From Gekko japonicus (lineage: Eukaryota): 64,000 nt of DNA. Where the stretch lies: positions 1,289,610-1,353,609 of the forward strand of contig NW_015168048.1 in NCBI RefSeq assembly GCF_001447785.1. The letters are read 5' to 3'. Within the stretch, counting starts at the first letter, position 1. Each line of letters starts with the position of its first letter. Shown here in pieces: positions 63,341 to 64,000 of this stretch. The notes under the pieces were generated by a model. That model was not told the DNA's origin. It worked only from the letters and a program-made list of their open reading frames with translations, and made no database searches. The position numbers and the translations under genes were made by a program.

Positions 63341-64000
63341 GATACAACCCAATATTAGAACATTGATGTATGCTAACATTTCATCAGGTTAATGGATGCA
63401 AAACGTTCATTTAACTGCTTTCGTCTGGAAAAAGTAGGTTAAAACAGGGATCGGAGCTACTGATGCTGCATGTCATTCCTCTGGTCAAAGAGATGCTGCA
63501 GTACTGTATGTGGAGGTGCACTGATTTGTTATTCATCATTAATTAAATCTGTTCTGCATTTATGGATAAACAGATCAATGTGGAAATTATTTATGCATGG
63601 TTTTCAAAGTTCCCCACATAAAGCATGACAGTGAAATACTAGTTTAATTTCTTTTGGAGCAGCAAGTAACCACTCATCATGTGCAATATAGCCATATATT
63701 TCCAATGCACATAGTTTTTGGCTTCTGACAGCACCTTTTCCCAGCATGCTGGTAGGCTATTAAATTTTCACTATGCTGCCCATGTGGCTTCAGGTCTCCT
63801 GTTTTCAGCAGCAGTAAGGAGAAGAGGATTTTTTCTCTTTTCTTCCAATGAATTATTCTTATGGCTTAAAAAAACCTCTTGTTATTATACAAGTGACTTG
63901 GGGGGGGGGGAATGATACATACATCTGTATTTTTCTCTTTGTAGATTTCCCAAAGAGGAAAAAATATACAACATAGATCTTTTATTTCTAATTTCTATAA

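Overview
Repeat-dense, apparently intergenic or intronic vertebrate DNA. The repeat content (BovB/RTE, Sauria- and Squam-type SINEs, CR1, L1, L2) indicates a squamate reptile, probably a gecko (inference). I found no convincing host protein-coding exon. The main find is at about 480-4293 (+): a heavily decayed endogenous viral element. Its frames, read through stops and frameshifts, give roughly ten collinear motifs of the C-terminal half of a paramyxovirus-like L polymerase (PRNTase/capping, connector, methyltransferase, CTD), ending at a stop near the expected C-terminus. Later transposon insertions split it, and excising a solo LTR (1053-1729) plus one TSD restores the viral frame. These alignments were made by eye against remembered measles/NDV L sequences and need confirmation. 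The window also has one full-length, ORF-intact BovB LINE with a 14-bp TSD (9572-12792), older BovB/RTE fragments, two L1 relics, a Gypsy relic, several solo LTRs, non-autonomous Helitrons, hAT/Harbinger-type MITEs, tRNA- and 5S-derived SINEs, and two assembly gaps.
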